Positions 46,619-55,941 of a DNA stretch of 64,000 nucleotides are shown one piece after another. How positions within the stretch are numbered: position 1 is the stretch's first letter; each line of letters begins with the position of its first letter. Both the position numbers and the translations under genes were made by a program. The notes below the pieces were generated by a model. It saw only the letters and a program-made list of their open reading frames with translations. It had not been told where the DNA came from and ran no database searches. Source of the stretch: Thermoplasmatota archaeon (GTDB lineage: Archaea > Thermoplasmatota > JAKEGO01); contig JANQNK010000008.1 of the NCBI GenBank assembly GCA_028279595.1, positions 32,001-96,000 on the forward strand, given 5' to 3'.

Positions 46619-49600
46619 TCACTGTAGGTACTGCTGGCAGGTGTGGCAGTAATGCATCCCGTACTGTGGATAGAACTCGGCAGCGTTGCTGCACGTGGGA
46701 CAGACGACGGGCGGACCGGCAACGACCTCCGGTGTGTAGGGTTCGACCTCGCTGGGACTCTCCCCGCCCCCGCCGAGTGCCAATGCGAGCACGATAACTA
46801 TGATGATGAATATGAACATCCCGGGCAGAACGAACGACTGGAAGTCGTTGCTCGACTCGGACGAGCCCTCGCTCTCGGACCTAACCGTGACCGTGACCGA
46901 TTCCGTCTCGGACCAGAGTCCGTTCGCTCCCTGGACCTGGAACCTGATGGTGTTCACACCTATGGACAGGGAACCGGCCCCGACCACGAGGGTGTCGTCC
47001 TCGCCCAGGACACCGAACTCGTCGGAGGTCCACCTGTAATTGACGATATCGCCGTTCTCCCCGTGGCCGGTGAGAGTTACCGTCCCGGAGAGGTAGACCG
47101 TCTGGGGGTCGACGAGGTCGACAACTGCAACAGGGACCCGGTTGTCCACATCGACCATGACCGAGTCGGTTACTGATGTCAATTCCTCGTCGTCTACCGC
47201 TCGGACGTAGATCGTATAGGTCCCGAGGTCCCATCTCGAGATGTCCAGGTTGATGGTCCATGAATCGGTCCCGACCGCGATGAACGGGTCGGCGAAGGAG
47301 TTGTCGCCCACGGATATCTCGATCTGATCGACACTCCCGTCAGGGTCCGAGGCGGTTCCCTCGATCGTTATGTTGTCAGCGAAGGGACCGTCGCCCGGTG
47401 GCAGGACGGTCACGGAGGGTCTGCTGTCGCCGGAATTGTCCACCGTTACGCTTATGGAGTCATCGGTCGAACCCGCAGCATCATCGGTGGCCCTGACCTT
47501 GATCGATACGGCACCGTCGTCCTCGGATGTGGTGTCCCAGACGAAGGACCATTCGGACCATGGATCCCCGGTCGAGTCGTCTGCGCAGTCCTGCCACGGA
47601 CCGTCCCCGATCCTGATCCTGACAGTGTCGACCTCTCCATCGGTGTCGCTCGCTAGTCCCGATATGGTGACCGTTCCCAAGACGACCTCGCCGGAGCCGG
47701 GTTCAGAGATCTCGACATCGGGACGCTCGTTGGACTCGTCCTCGATCACCGTCAGGGTATGGTCGGTGTGGACGACGACCGGATCGTTGGCATCGTCGTC
47801 TATAACAGCGTATAGGTAGTACTCGCCGCCGGGAACTGATGACACATCCCATAGATGGTCCATATCGTCGTCCTCGCTGAGACCCGCTGTGATGAGGACC
47901 TCATCCTCCGAGTTGCCGTCGTTGTAGACTGAGTTGGAATCCCGGTAGAGAGAGATCTCCGCATCGTCATCGGGATCGCTCGCGACCCACTCGATGAGGT
48001 ATTCGGTCTGCTCGGCAAGGTCGATCTCCTCGTCCTCGTCTGTGAGCACGGTGAACGATATCTCCGGTGCCTCGTTGATCACCGTGACCGTTACCTCGGC
48101 GTGGCCCTTGGCATCTCGTTCATCGGTTGCGCGGACGTGGATCGTGTGGTCGCCTGCGGAGTATCCGTCGGTGTCCCACTCGGCCGACCAGTTCCATGTG
48201 TCCGACGAGACCTTTGCGACGTCCACCGAGAGGGTCCCGCTGGAGAAGGTATCGTCATCGATGGCGACCTCTATTGAGTCGATCTCATCGTCATCGTCGG
48301 TGGCTTGGCCGCGGATGAGTACCGTGTCGTTGTGCTCGGAGCCTGTTTCCGGCTCGATGATCGTGACGGAGGGCACTGTATTGTCATTCTCGACGGTCAC
48401 ATCGACCGTAAGCGTATCCGTCCATTTGCCATCCGTGCTCTTGGCGCGGGCGTGGACCGTGAAGTCACCGTCCTCCCCGTGCGTGGTCTCCCATTCGAAG
48501 CCCCAATCGGAGTACGGGTCCGATGTCTCGGACCGGTCCTCGGCGTTCATCCAATCCCCGGAGCCTGGACTGGACCCGGAGGACATGATGGCGACCTCGA
48601 CCGTTTCGATGTCGTCCTCCTCGTCGACGTCGGATGCGGTCCCTTCGATCTGGACGGTCCCGTAGATGTCGGAGCCGTCAGAGGGAGCATCGAGGGTGAT
48701 CTCCGGAGGCGTCGCACCGCCGCCCGCGCCCTTCTCGACGACCTCGATGTCGAGCGGATCGGCATCGTTGTTGTCGTTGTCGGCATCCTTGGGGGAAACC
48801 GACGATAAACGGGCATGGAGGGTATGCTCGCCGATCTGCCCGGACGTGTTCCAGTCGAAGTAGACATCCGTCGACTCGCCGGAGCCGATATCCTCGAGTA
48901 TGATCGAACCCAGGACCGTCGCGTTGTCTTCGGGGTCACCGTCGTACACGGAAAGATCGGCCTCCAGGGCCGCACCGTCTCCTATGTTCTTCACCCTGAC
49001 AGCGATCTCTACGATGTCATCCTCCTGGGGCCGCTCGTCGTCGACGCCCAACGAAGTGATGGTCAGGTCGGGCAGGTCACCCGACGAGGTCAAGGTCATG
49101 TTCGCGATGTTGCCCGGCATACCGTTGATGGAATAGTTCGTCCGGACCAGCGAGGAGTCCACCTGGTCCGGCGCGGTTAGATTGAAGGTGAGTGTCGGGA
49201 ATGATTTCCAGTAATCCCCTGTATCGCCGTCGCCGGTGTAATTGATCCAGGTGCCGATGACCCATCTTCCGTCCGTATCATTGGCTGTGATGTTCGTCGG
49301 CTCGACGGTCGCGGTAAGGCCCGAGGCCTCCTTCGCGTCGCCGGTGATATCGATCGGCTCGGGCCAATCGCTCGGGATCAATACCTGCAGGTATACGACG
49401 TCAGGGGCGGTGGTTCCCGTCGGCGGACCGTGTGAGTCGCCATTCTGGCCCTGGTCGGTATAGAGGGTCTTCGTGTAATTGAGTGTGTACTCGAAGGTCC
49501 CGTGCGTTCCGAGCTGGAGCGTCGATGGACCGTCGACCACACCTGTGTTCAGGTCCAACGCTCGCTGGACCGCGCCGACGCTGTCGACCGTTCCCCACCC

Positions 49601-50959
49601 GTACTGATTGTTCGGGCTGTACGGCTCGAAGGGATCGGGGCTGTCGCCCCACTCATGTCTGCTCGTCTCGTGGAGGATCTGCTTGATGTGATCTACATTG
49701 TCATCCGGTGCGAGGTCGGGATTCGCCTGAAGCATCAGGGCTGCCAGGCCCGCCACGTGCGGACAGGACATGGATGAACCCGACTGGGATGACGACCCGG
49801 TGTCGCCCGAGGTACCACGGGCGGAGTCGATCCCGGAGCCCGGGGCCATGACGTCCGGCTTTATCCTGCCGTCGCCCGTCGGACCGCGGGATGACGAGAT
49901 AGCACGGTTCCCGTTGTCGTTCACCCATCCGACCGTGATCGCCCTCCTGCTGTCCGCCGGGAAGGTCACCGAGCCAGCGTGGGCAGCGACCTGGGCGTTC
50001 CCGTTGCCGACGGCGACAGTGGAAACGATACCGGCGTCGACCGCACGGTCCACAGCTCGGCTCACGACCGAGTTCCCGTCGTTGGTCGCCCCGGGTATGG
50101 TGATCGCGCCGCCGAGCGACATCGACATGACGTCGATTCCGAAACGGTCCTTGTTGTCGATGGTCCAGTTTATCCCGTGGATTATGTCGTCTGCCGTACC
50201 CCCGCCACCGTCAAGGACGATTACCCCCACGAGGTACGCCTGTGGTGCCATCCCGACATCCACGGCGTCGGTGCCGCCGGTTCCGGCCGCGATGCCAGCG
50301 CAATGGGACCCATGGTTACCGGTGTCGTACGGGTCCGTCTCGCCCCTGCTGCCACTCCTCGCATCGTAGAAACCGATGACCTTGGTGTCGTTCGTCGTGT
50401 CGTTGTCATCGAGGTCGTCGAGATACTCATGATCCCCATTGATCCCGGTGTCAAGGACCGCGATGGTCATGTTCTCGCCCTTGAACCCGTAATCGTCATG
50501 GACGACGTCACCGCCGATCGCGGGTACCGAACTCGCGAGCATCGGGTAGAGTATTACACTGGGTTCTAGCCAATCGAGACCTGGGATGTTTACCAGGTCA
50601 TCGAGGGAATCCAGCGGCACGGTCGCGGCTAGGGAGTCGAACCTGTGCCAGATGTCGGTGATCGTCCCGCCCAGGTCCTCGATGTAATCACGGTCGCCCC
50701 TGTCGAGCGAGTCGAGCCTCATGAGGACGCGGATGAACCCATCCGGAGCTGGCGAGGCGCCGAGCTCGTCCATCTCATCGGGGTGTTCTGCAAGGTAGAT
50801 GAGTGAGCCGTCCACGTGCTCCGATGTTGATAACGAAAAGTACTGCGGCCGGGCATCATCTCCGCCGTCGGTCGAAGAACCGCTCTGGAGAGGAGCCAGC
50901 AGGATCGAGACCATGAGCACCACGGTCAGGATCGTGAACATTCGATTTACGGTGACCAT
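46619..50959 (-). CDS. Membrane-anchored S8 subtilase with CARDB/Ig-like stalk and a cytoplasmic zinc ribbon
   Basis: Triad VLDTG / HGSHCAG / GSSMSCPHVAG; CARDB (PDLTIT..VKNIG); repeated Ig-like units; TM; CPTC..YPQYGMHYCHTC. Confidence 0.92.
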   Translation of the reverse strand: MVTVNRMFTILTVVLMVSILLAPLQSGSSTDGGDDARPQYFSLSTSEHVDGSLIYLAEHPDEMDELGASPAPDGFIRVLMRLDSLDRGDRDYIEDLGGTITDIWHRFDSLAATVPLDSLDDLVNIPGLDWLEPSVILYPMLASSVPAIGGDVVHDDYGFKGENMTIAVLDTGINGDHEYLDDLDDNDTTNDTKVIGFYDARSGSRGETDPYDTGNHGSHCAGIAAGTGGTDAVDVGMAPQAYLVGVIVLDGGGGTADDIIHGINWTIDNKDRFGIDVMSMSLGGAITIPGATNDGNSVVSRAVDRAVDAGIVSTVAVGNGNAQVAAHAGSVTFPADSRRAITVGWVNDNGNRAISSSRGPTGDGRIKPDVMAPGSGIDSARGTSGDTGSSSQSGSSMSCPHVAGLAALMLQANPDLAPDDNVDHIKQILHETSRHEWGDSPDPFEPYSPNNQYGWGTVDSVGAVQRALDLNTGVVDGPSTLQLGTHGTFEYTLNYTKTLYTDQGQNGDSHGPPTGTTAPDVVYLQVLIPSDWPEPIDITGDAKEASGLTATVEPTNITANDTDGRWVIGTWINYTGDGDTGDYWKSFPTLTFNLTAPDQVDSSLVRTNYSINGMPGNIANMTLTSSGDLPDLTITSLGVDDERPQEDDIVEIAVRVKNIGDGAALEADLSVYDGDPEDNATVLGSIILEDIGSGESTDVYFDWNTSGQIGEHTLHARLSSVSPKDADNDNNDADPLDIEVVEKGAGGGATPPEITLDAPSDGSDIYGTVQIEGTASDVDEEDDIETVEVAIMSSGSSPGSGDWMNAEDRSETSDPYSDWGFEWETTHGEDGDFTVHARAKSTDGKWTDTLTVDVTVENDNTVPSVTIIEPETGSEHNDTVLIRGQATDDDDEIDSIEVAIDDDTFSSGTLSVDVAKVSSDTWNWSAEWDTDGYSAGDHTIHVRATDERDAKGHAEVTVTVINEAPEISFTVLTDEDEEIDLAEQTEYLIEWVASDPDDDAEISLYRDSNSVYNDGNSEDEVLITAGLSEDDDMDHLWDVSSVPGGEYYLYAVIDDDANDPVVVHTDHTLTVIEDESNERPDVEISEPGSGEVVLGTVTISGLASDTDGEVDTVRIRIGDGPWQDCADDSTGDPWSEWSFVWDTTSEDDGAVSIKVRATDDAAGSTDDSISVTVDNSGDSRPSVTVLPPGDGPFADNITIEGTASDPDGSVDQIEISVGDNSFADPFIAVGTDSWTINLDISRWDLGTYTIYVRAVDDEELTSVTDSVMVDVDNRVPVAVVDLVDPQTVYLSGTVTLTGHGENGDIVNYRWTSDEFGVLGEDDTLVVGAGSLSIGVNTIRFQVQGANGLWSETESVTVTVRSESEGSSESSNDFQSFVLPGMFIFIIIVIVLALALGGGGESPSEVEPYTPEVVAGPPVVCPTCSNAAEFYPQYGMHYCHTCQQYLQ

Positions 50960-51070
50960 GTTGGCAACTCTAGGACTCTTCTAATAAGAATATTGCCTAA
51001 TCCTTGTTACAATCGGAAGAGGGGACACCGACATTAAAATACCCGAGATCCATTCGATGACGGTGGTATC

Positions 51071-51505
51071 ATGAAACACGTCATCGTCTACTGGTCAAGA
51101 TACGGGAACGGGAAGAAGGTCGTGGAACAGCTCGCAAAGGTCCTCGAGGAGAGGGGCGACGAGACCACCGTCATGACGACCGACGAGGCCGATCCCAAGT
51201 CGTTGCCCGACGCCGACATCTACGTGTTCTCAGCAGCGCAGGAGATGTTCAACCTCCAGAAGAACATGAGGAAGTTCATGAAGAGCCTCAAGGGTATGGA
51301 CGGGAAGAACTTCGGCATCATCAACACGCATTCTATGCCGGAGAAGAACCAACTTGCCAAGATGGAGAAGATGCTCTCCGCTGCTGGAATGAAGAAGGCG
51401 GCCGGAGTCCACATCAGGGTCGAAGGGGATGCAAAGGACGCCCAGGGCCTCCCTGAAGGATGGGAAGCCAAGGTCGAGAAGTTCGCCGATAAGTTGACAG
51501 GGTGA
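51071..51505 (+). CDS. Flavodoxin-family protein
   Basis: VIVYWSRYGNGKKV FMN-binding loop. Confidence 0.8.
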   Translation: MKHVIVYWSRYGNGKKVVEQLAKVLEERGDETTVMTTDEADPKSLPDADIYVFSAAQEMFNLQKNMRKFMKSLKGMDGKNFGIINTHSMPEKNQLAKMEKMLSAAGMKKAAGVHIRVEGDAKDAQGLPEGWEAKVEKFADKLTG

Positions 51506-51511
51506 TCCGAC

Positions 51512-52495
51512 GTGAAGGCCGCATTGTGCACGAGGTACGGACCTCCAGAGGTATTGAAGATCGGGGAAGTGGACACACCAGTACCGAAGGACGACGAGAT
51601 GAGGATAAAGATACATGCTACTACGGTAACCTCAGGAGACGCGAGGATGCGTGGTTTCGACGTCCCACCGCTTGTCGGGATCCCGTATCGCCTGATCGTA
51701 GGTATCACGAAACCCAGGAAACCGATCCTCGGGTTCAGCCTTGCGGGGGAGATCGACAAGGTCGGGAAGGACGTCAAACGGTTCAAGGTCGGCGACAAGG
51801 TCTTCGGTTCCGTGGGATTCAGCGGCGGGACGTATGCCGAATACAAGGTCCTGCCGGAGAAGGCCGTGATCACGACCCTGCCGGAGAACGCGTCATATGG
51901 TGAGTCGGCCGCGATCATGTTCGGCGGGATGACGTCGCTACATTTCCTGAGGAAGGCGGACATCCAGAAGGGACAGAAGGTGCTCATCTACGGAGCCTCC
52001 GGAAGCCTGGGAACGGCCGCGGTCCAGCTCGCGAAACACTTCGGAGCCGAGGTGACCGGCGTCTGCAGCACGGCCAATGTTGAACTTGTCGAGTCGCTTG
52101 GCGCTGACAAGGTCATCGATTACAAGAAGGAGGACTTCAAGGGGGTCAGGGAGACCTACGATGTCATCTACGACACCGTCGGATACAGCCCTTACTCCTG
52201 GAGCGTCAGGTCTCTGAAGAAGGATGGGGTCTACCTTCGAGCTGTCAACATGACATTGGTCATCGTACTCAGAGGTCTCTGGACGAAAATGGTCAAACGT
52301 CGCAAGGTCGTTGGTGGAGTGGCTAGTGAGACGGTCGAGGACATCGAGTTCCTGAAGGGACTGATCGAGTCGGGAGTGCTGACACCGGTGGTCGACAGGA
52401 CCTACCCGTTGGAGAAGATCGTCGAGGCTCACACTTACGTCGACAAGGGCCATAAGAAGGGGAACGTCGTCATTACGGTCGGGGAATTCGAATGA
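51512..52495 (+). CDS. MDR-family NAD(P)-dependent oxidoreductase (zinc-free, quinone reductase-like)
   Basis: YGPPEVL, GASGSLG, DRTYPL, GHKKGNVVI; no catalytic Zn cysteine motif. Confidence 0.9.
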   Translation: MKAALCTRYGPPEVLKIGEVDTPVPKDDEMRIKIHATTVTSGDARMRGFDVPPLVGIPYRLIVGITKPRKPILGFSLAGEIDKVGKDVKRFKVGDKVFGSVGFSGGTYAEYKVLPEKAVITTLPENASYGESAAIMFGGMTSLHFLRKADIQKGQKVLIYGASGSLGTAAVQLAKHFGAEVTGVCSTANVELVESLGADKVIDYKKEDFKGVRETYDVIYDTVGYSPYSWSVRSLKKDGVYLRAVNMTLVIVLRGLWTKMVKRRKVVGGVASETVEDIEFLKGLIESGVLTPVVDRTYPLEKIVEAHTYVDKGHKKGNVVITVGEFE

Positions 52496-53466
52496 AGGCC
52501 ATGGCGTTCCCGAGGTACGGCCCACCTGAGGTCATGGCCATGGCCGATATCGAGAAGCCAGTACCGCAGGAGAATGAGTTGTTGATCCGCGTCCACGCAT
52601 CCACCGTAACCACTGCGGAGATCGCTTCGTTGACGGGCAGCCCGTTCATCGCCCGGCTGGCGACGGGTCTGTTCAAGCCGAAGCAGAAGGTGCTCGGGGT
52701 CGAGGTCTCTGGAGAGATCGAAGCCGTAGGCGCATCGGTATCCCGATTTACAGTGGGCGAACAGGTCTTCGCCTACTGCGGTTTCAACGGTCATGCTGAA
52801 TACATCTGCATGGCCGAGGACGGGATCGTGATCAGGAAACCAGAGAACGTCGGTCACGGAGAGGCGGCCGCCGCGGTGGATGGTATGCTTACAGCGATTC
52901 CCTTCATGAGGGACAAGGGTGACGTCCAGAAGGGGGACCAGGTCCTCATCAACGGTGCTTCAGGGTCCATTGGAACATTCGCCGTTCAGTTGGGGAAGTA
53001 CTACGGTGCCCACGTCACCGGCGTTTGCAGCACCGGGAACGTCGATCTCGTCAAATCAATAGGTGCAGACGAGGTGATCGACTACAAGAAAGAGGATTTC
53101 ACTAGCACTGGACAGACATATGACGTCATCTTCGACACCGTGAACAAGAGTTCGTTCGGTAAATGCAAGGGTGCCTTGACCGAGGGTGGAGTGTATCTCA
53201 CCACTTTCCCCACTCTACCGGTCATGGTCCGAAGGTTGGTACCAGGAAAGAAGGGTAGAAAGAGGGCTGTCTTCCACGCAGCGGGACTGAGGAAACCCAG
53301 GGAGAAGATCATGGACATGGTCTTCATCAAGGACCTGCTGGAACAGGGGAAGGTGAGGTCGGTGATCGACAGGACGTATCCTCTTGAGAAGGTCCCAGAA
53401 GCCTACGAATATATCGAGAAGGGCCACAAGAAGGGGAATGTCGTGATCAAGGTCAGCGAAGATTGA
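52492..53466 (+). CDS. MDR-family NAD(P)-dependent oxidoreductase, tandem paralog
   Basis: YGPPEVM, GASGSIG, DRTYPL, GHKKGNVVI; ATGA overlap with the upstream paralog. Confidence 0.9.
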   Translation: MKAMAFPRYGPPEVMAMADIEKPVPQENELLIRVHASTVTTAEIASLTGSPFIARLATGLFKPKQKVLGVEVSGEIEAVGASVSRFTVGEQVFAYCGFNGHAEYICMAEDGIVIRKPENVGHGEAAAAVDGMLTAIPFMRDKGDVQKGDQVLINGASGSIGTFAVQLGKYYGAHVTGVCSTGNVDLVKSIGADEVIDYKKEDFTSTGQTYDVIFDTVNKSSFGKCKGALTEGGVYLTTFPTLPVMVRRLVPGKKGRKRAVFHAAGLRKPREKIMDMVFIKDLLEQGKVRSVIDRTYPLEKVPEAYEYIEKGHKKGNVVIKVSED

Positions 53467-53492
53467 TCGACCATGTTGCGAGCGTAGGAGCA

Positions 53493-53540
53493 GGACGTTT
53501 GTATCTCCTGACGAGAAGCCAAACGTCCGGGCCAGTCGAT
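53493..53540. repeat. 48-bp hairpin-forming direct repeat, copy 1
   Basis: GGACGTTTGTATCTCCTGACGAGAAGCCAAACGTCCGGGCCAGTCGAT, identical to 54611-54658. Confidence 0.95.
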
Positions 53541-53582
53541 TCAAGCTGAAGAGTGCATGGGGCCCTGACCGATCGTTCCTCT

Positions 53583-54434
53583 CTACGACTCGCATACCTT
53601 CTCGCCCTTAACGCCGATCGTAATATCCTTGATAGGGACATTGACTCCAGCGTCTGCCATCGCAGCCTTTACGACCTGTCCGAGGCCGAAACAGCAGGGG
53701 ACCTCCATGTGCGCTACGGTGATCGATCTCAGGTCATTGTGTTCCATTATGGCTGCGAATTTCCTCTGGTAGAACTCCGCGTCGTCCAGCTTGGGGCATC
53801 CGACGAGAAGCACTTTTCCCTTCAGGATATCCGTATGGAAGTTCGGGTATGCGAACGGGACGCAGTCTGCTGTGATGAGCAGGTCCGCGTTCCTCAGGTA
53901 TGGTGCGTTCGGCGGGACGAGCATGGTTTGGACAGGCCATTGCCTGAGTTCGGTAGCCTGCCTCGGGGATGGACCACTTTCCGTTGATGGCCTGTCATGG
54001 GAAAGGTCGAGGACAGCCGACCCGGGGCATTGGTGCGGGGTCTGGGGCGTCTCGTTACACTCTCCACCTCCCACGACCTCGGCAGGGGGCTCGATGCCCT
54101 GCTCCTCAAGGTACTCAATTGCCTCGCTGAGGAACTCCTCCTCTCCGTGCTCCTTGAGGTGCAACAGGTGCGCTATCATCGTATTCGGCCCCGCCTTAAT
54201 TATGTTCTCCATGACCCGTCTCTCTTCGTATGGTTCCGCTTCCCGTTCCTCGATCTCGATCGCATCCTCAGGGCAATGGCCTATGCAAGCCCCCAGGCCG
54301 TCGCAGAAGAGGTCGCTGATGAGACGGACCTTGCCGTCTATTATCTGCAGGGCGCCCTCTGGACAGTTCGGTATGCAGTCCCCGCAACCAGTGCATTTCT
54401 CCTCGTCGATCTTGATGATCTTTCTGGTCGTCAA
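53583..54434 (-). CDS. 4Fe-4S dicluster-binding protein
   Basis: CTGCGDCIPNCP, CDGLGACIGHCP, QWPVQ, ADC, GCPKLD, MEVPCC; TTG start after GGTGA RBS (start uncertain). Confidence 0.88.
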   Translation of the reverse strand: MTTRKIIKIDEEKCTGCGDCIPNCPEGALQIIDGKVRLISDLFCDGLGACIGHCPEDAIEIEEREAEPYEERRVMENIIKAGPNTMIAHLLHLKEHGEEEFLSEAIEYLEEQGIEPPAEVVGGGECNETPQTPHQCPGSAVLDLSHDRPSTESGPSPRQATELRQWPVQTMLVPPNAPYLRNADLLITADCVPFAYPNFHTDILKGKVLLVGCPKLDDAEFYQRKFAAIMEHNDLRSITVAHMEVPCCFGLGQVVKAAMADAGVNVPIKDITIGVKGEKVCES

Positions 54435-54591
54435 TTTATCACCCACTTCTTCCATTTTGACATTGCTGTGGATCCCCATCGGCCATCCTACTTGATCCCC
54501 GACCGGAATGGATACGCGGGACAGTTCGGCGATCCTCCTGTAGCTGACTCTGGCACCCGCCCTCGGATATTTATATTGATTCACGAACAAA

Positions 54592-54608
54592 TGGTGCGGG
54601 GGGAGGGA
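54592..54608 (-). repeat. 17-bp copy of the tRNA-Leu 3' end
   Basis: TGGTGCGGGGGGAGGGA identical to 54890-54906. Confidence 0.9.
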
Positions 54609-54610
54609 CC

Positions 54611-54658
54611 GGACGTTTGTATCTCCTGACGAGAAGCCAAACGTCCGGGCCAGTCGAT
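54611..54658. repeat. 48-bp hairpin-forming direct repeat, copy 2
   Basis: Identical to 53493-53540; stem GGACGTTTG/CAAACGTCC. Confidence 0.95.
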
Positions 54659-54731
54659 GCGAAGCATCGACGTCTAGAAGCAACCATCAGCATCACCACT
54701 CGAGTACATTCTTCAGTTGACGTGAGAGTGG

Positions 54732-54753
54732 TGGTGCGGGGGGAGGGATTCGA
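54732..54753 (-). repeat. 22-bp copy of the tRNA-Leu 3' end
   Basis: TGGTGCGGGGGGAGGGATTCGA identical to 54890-54911. Confidence 0.92.
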
Positions 54754-54889
54754 CCTAGATGATGCTGCGCATCATCAGGGTTTGGAAAGACATCGCTGAC
54801 AGATCGCTCTTTCCAAACACCCTTTTCAAGAGCGGGTTCTGAATCCACACTAGCACCATTCCTCCAATTACTCACAATTCAAAACGGAA

Positions 54890-54976
54890 TGGTGCGGGGG
54901 GAGGGATTCGAACCCTCGGACCGCTAAGGACAGGGTCCTAAGCCCTGCGCCATTGGCCAGGCTAGGCTACCCCCGC
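54890..54976 (-). tRNA. tRNA-Leu(TAG), 87 nt with encoded CCA
   Basis: GCGGGGGTAGCCTAGCCTGGCCAATGGCGCAGGGCTTAGGACCCTGTCCTTAGCGGTCCGAGGGTTCGAATCCCTCCCCCCGCACCA: acceptor stem, CT-TAG-GA loop, long variable arm, GTTCGAATC; TATA-like box at 55003-55010. Confidence 0.96.
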
Positions 54977-55187
54977 AGGGAGCGTTGATGTATCGCGTCA
55001 GGTATTAATATCATTGCGGGGGGACCGGTCGGCCAATGGCCTCTGTCATTGCGGTATTGGTTCGATCTTGCGTTGGAGAACCCGGCGACGGTTGGGTTGC
55101 GTAAGGAATGAAGTAACGGGAAGCATGAAGGACCGATACGGGAAGAACACCTCTGGAGGTCGTTCACCTCCCGGGTGGGTTCCACCC

Positions 55188-55204
55188 GCTAGGCTACCCC
55201 CGCA
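55188..55204 (-). repeat. 17-bp copy of the tRNA-Leu 5' end with its own TATA-like box
   Basis: GCTAGGCTACCCCCGCA identical to 54961-54977; TATATAT at 55231-55237. Confidence 0.85.
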
Positions 55205-55253
55205 ACCTGTCAATGCTAACGAGAATACACTATATATCAATTTCATGAGGAGG

Positions 55254-55922
55254 TCATGAACATAACCACTTCACGACGTTGTTCATGAAGGTGTCGCTGT
55301 GCCGGTCGTCGGAATTTGGGAACGTCCTATCGAATATCTCGTCGAGGTCCGGGCACCTGTCGAGCAGACGTTCCTTGTTGTCGCGTATCGCCATGAGTGC
55401 ATCGTGCTTGCAGATCTCCGGATGGGACTGGCATGTGAGGATGTTCTCACCATAACTTAGAACCTGGTACAGACAATCGTCGTGGGCGGCCAGGACGACG
55501 GCATCGTCCGGCTTCTCCACGACCTCATCGCCGTTGAGGCTCAGGAAGTACGGGTCCACGAGACCGGCGAAGACGGGGTGGTCCTCTAGAACTGTGATCC
55601 CGTGCCATCCGAAGAAGCGCTTCTCACGCTTTCCGATCCTTCCGCCGAAGGCATGGCCGATGAGCTGGTGGGCAGCGCATGAACCGAATATCCGCTTCTT
55701 CCCGGCCGAGTTGATGAACTCGATCTCCCTCTGGTGGTAATCGAGGAGCCCCTCGGATAGGTCGTAGTAGTCGCCGGTCAGGATGAACGCGTCGAAGTCC
55801 GAGGCGTCCGGGAATTCCGATCCGGTGACCACTGGAAAGGTTTCGTGTTCGACGTCCTCGAGATAGCCGGTGAAGAAGCGGGCAAGACCTGCACTGTTCT
55901 CGATTATCGCGATCCTTGTCAT
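55254..55922 (-). CDS. Type 1 glutamine amidotransferase-like protein
   Basis: ILTG, FGSCAAHQL (nucleophile Cys), QSHPE. Confidence 0.88.
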   Translation of the reverse strand: MTRIAIIENSAGLARFFTGYLEDVEHETFPVVTGSEFPDASDFDAFILTGDYYDLSEGLLDYHQREIEFINSAGKKRIFGSCAAHQLIGHAFGGRIGKREKRFFGWHGITVLEDHPVFAGLVDPYFLSLNGDEVVEKPDDAVVLAAHDDCLYQVLSYGENILTCQSHPEICKHDALMAIRDNKERLLDRCPDLDEIFDRTFPNSDDRHSDTFMNNVVKWLCS

Positions 55923-55941
55923 CCAACCCGTATAATCGACC

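Noticed and set aside
53493-54680. Hammerhead ribozyme (CTGACGA matches CUGANGA) in the 48-bp repeat
   Set aside because: No GAAA after a stem II and no three-way junction could be built; the motif sits in a simple hairpin loop
54592-54911. CRISPR array made of the tRNA-end repeats
   Set aside because: Only 2-3 units, 140-158 bp spacing, the repeat is tRNA sequence, and no cas genes are in the window
54592-55204. Split (trans-spliced) tRNA from the 5' and 3' fragments
   Set aside because: The fragments omit the anticodon and variable arms, no complementary leaders or BHB motif were seen, and an intact gene is present
54967-55259. Short ORFs over the tRNA-proximal region
   Set aside because: They overlap the tRNA, its promoter and the tRNA-like element, with no recognisable protein features
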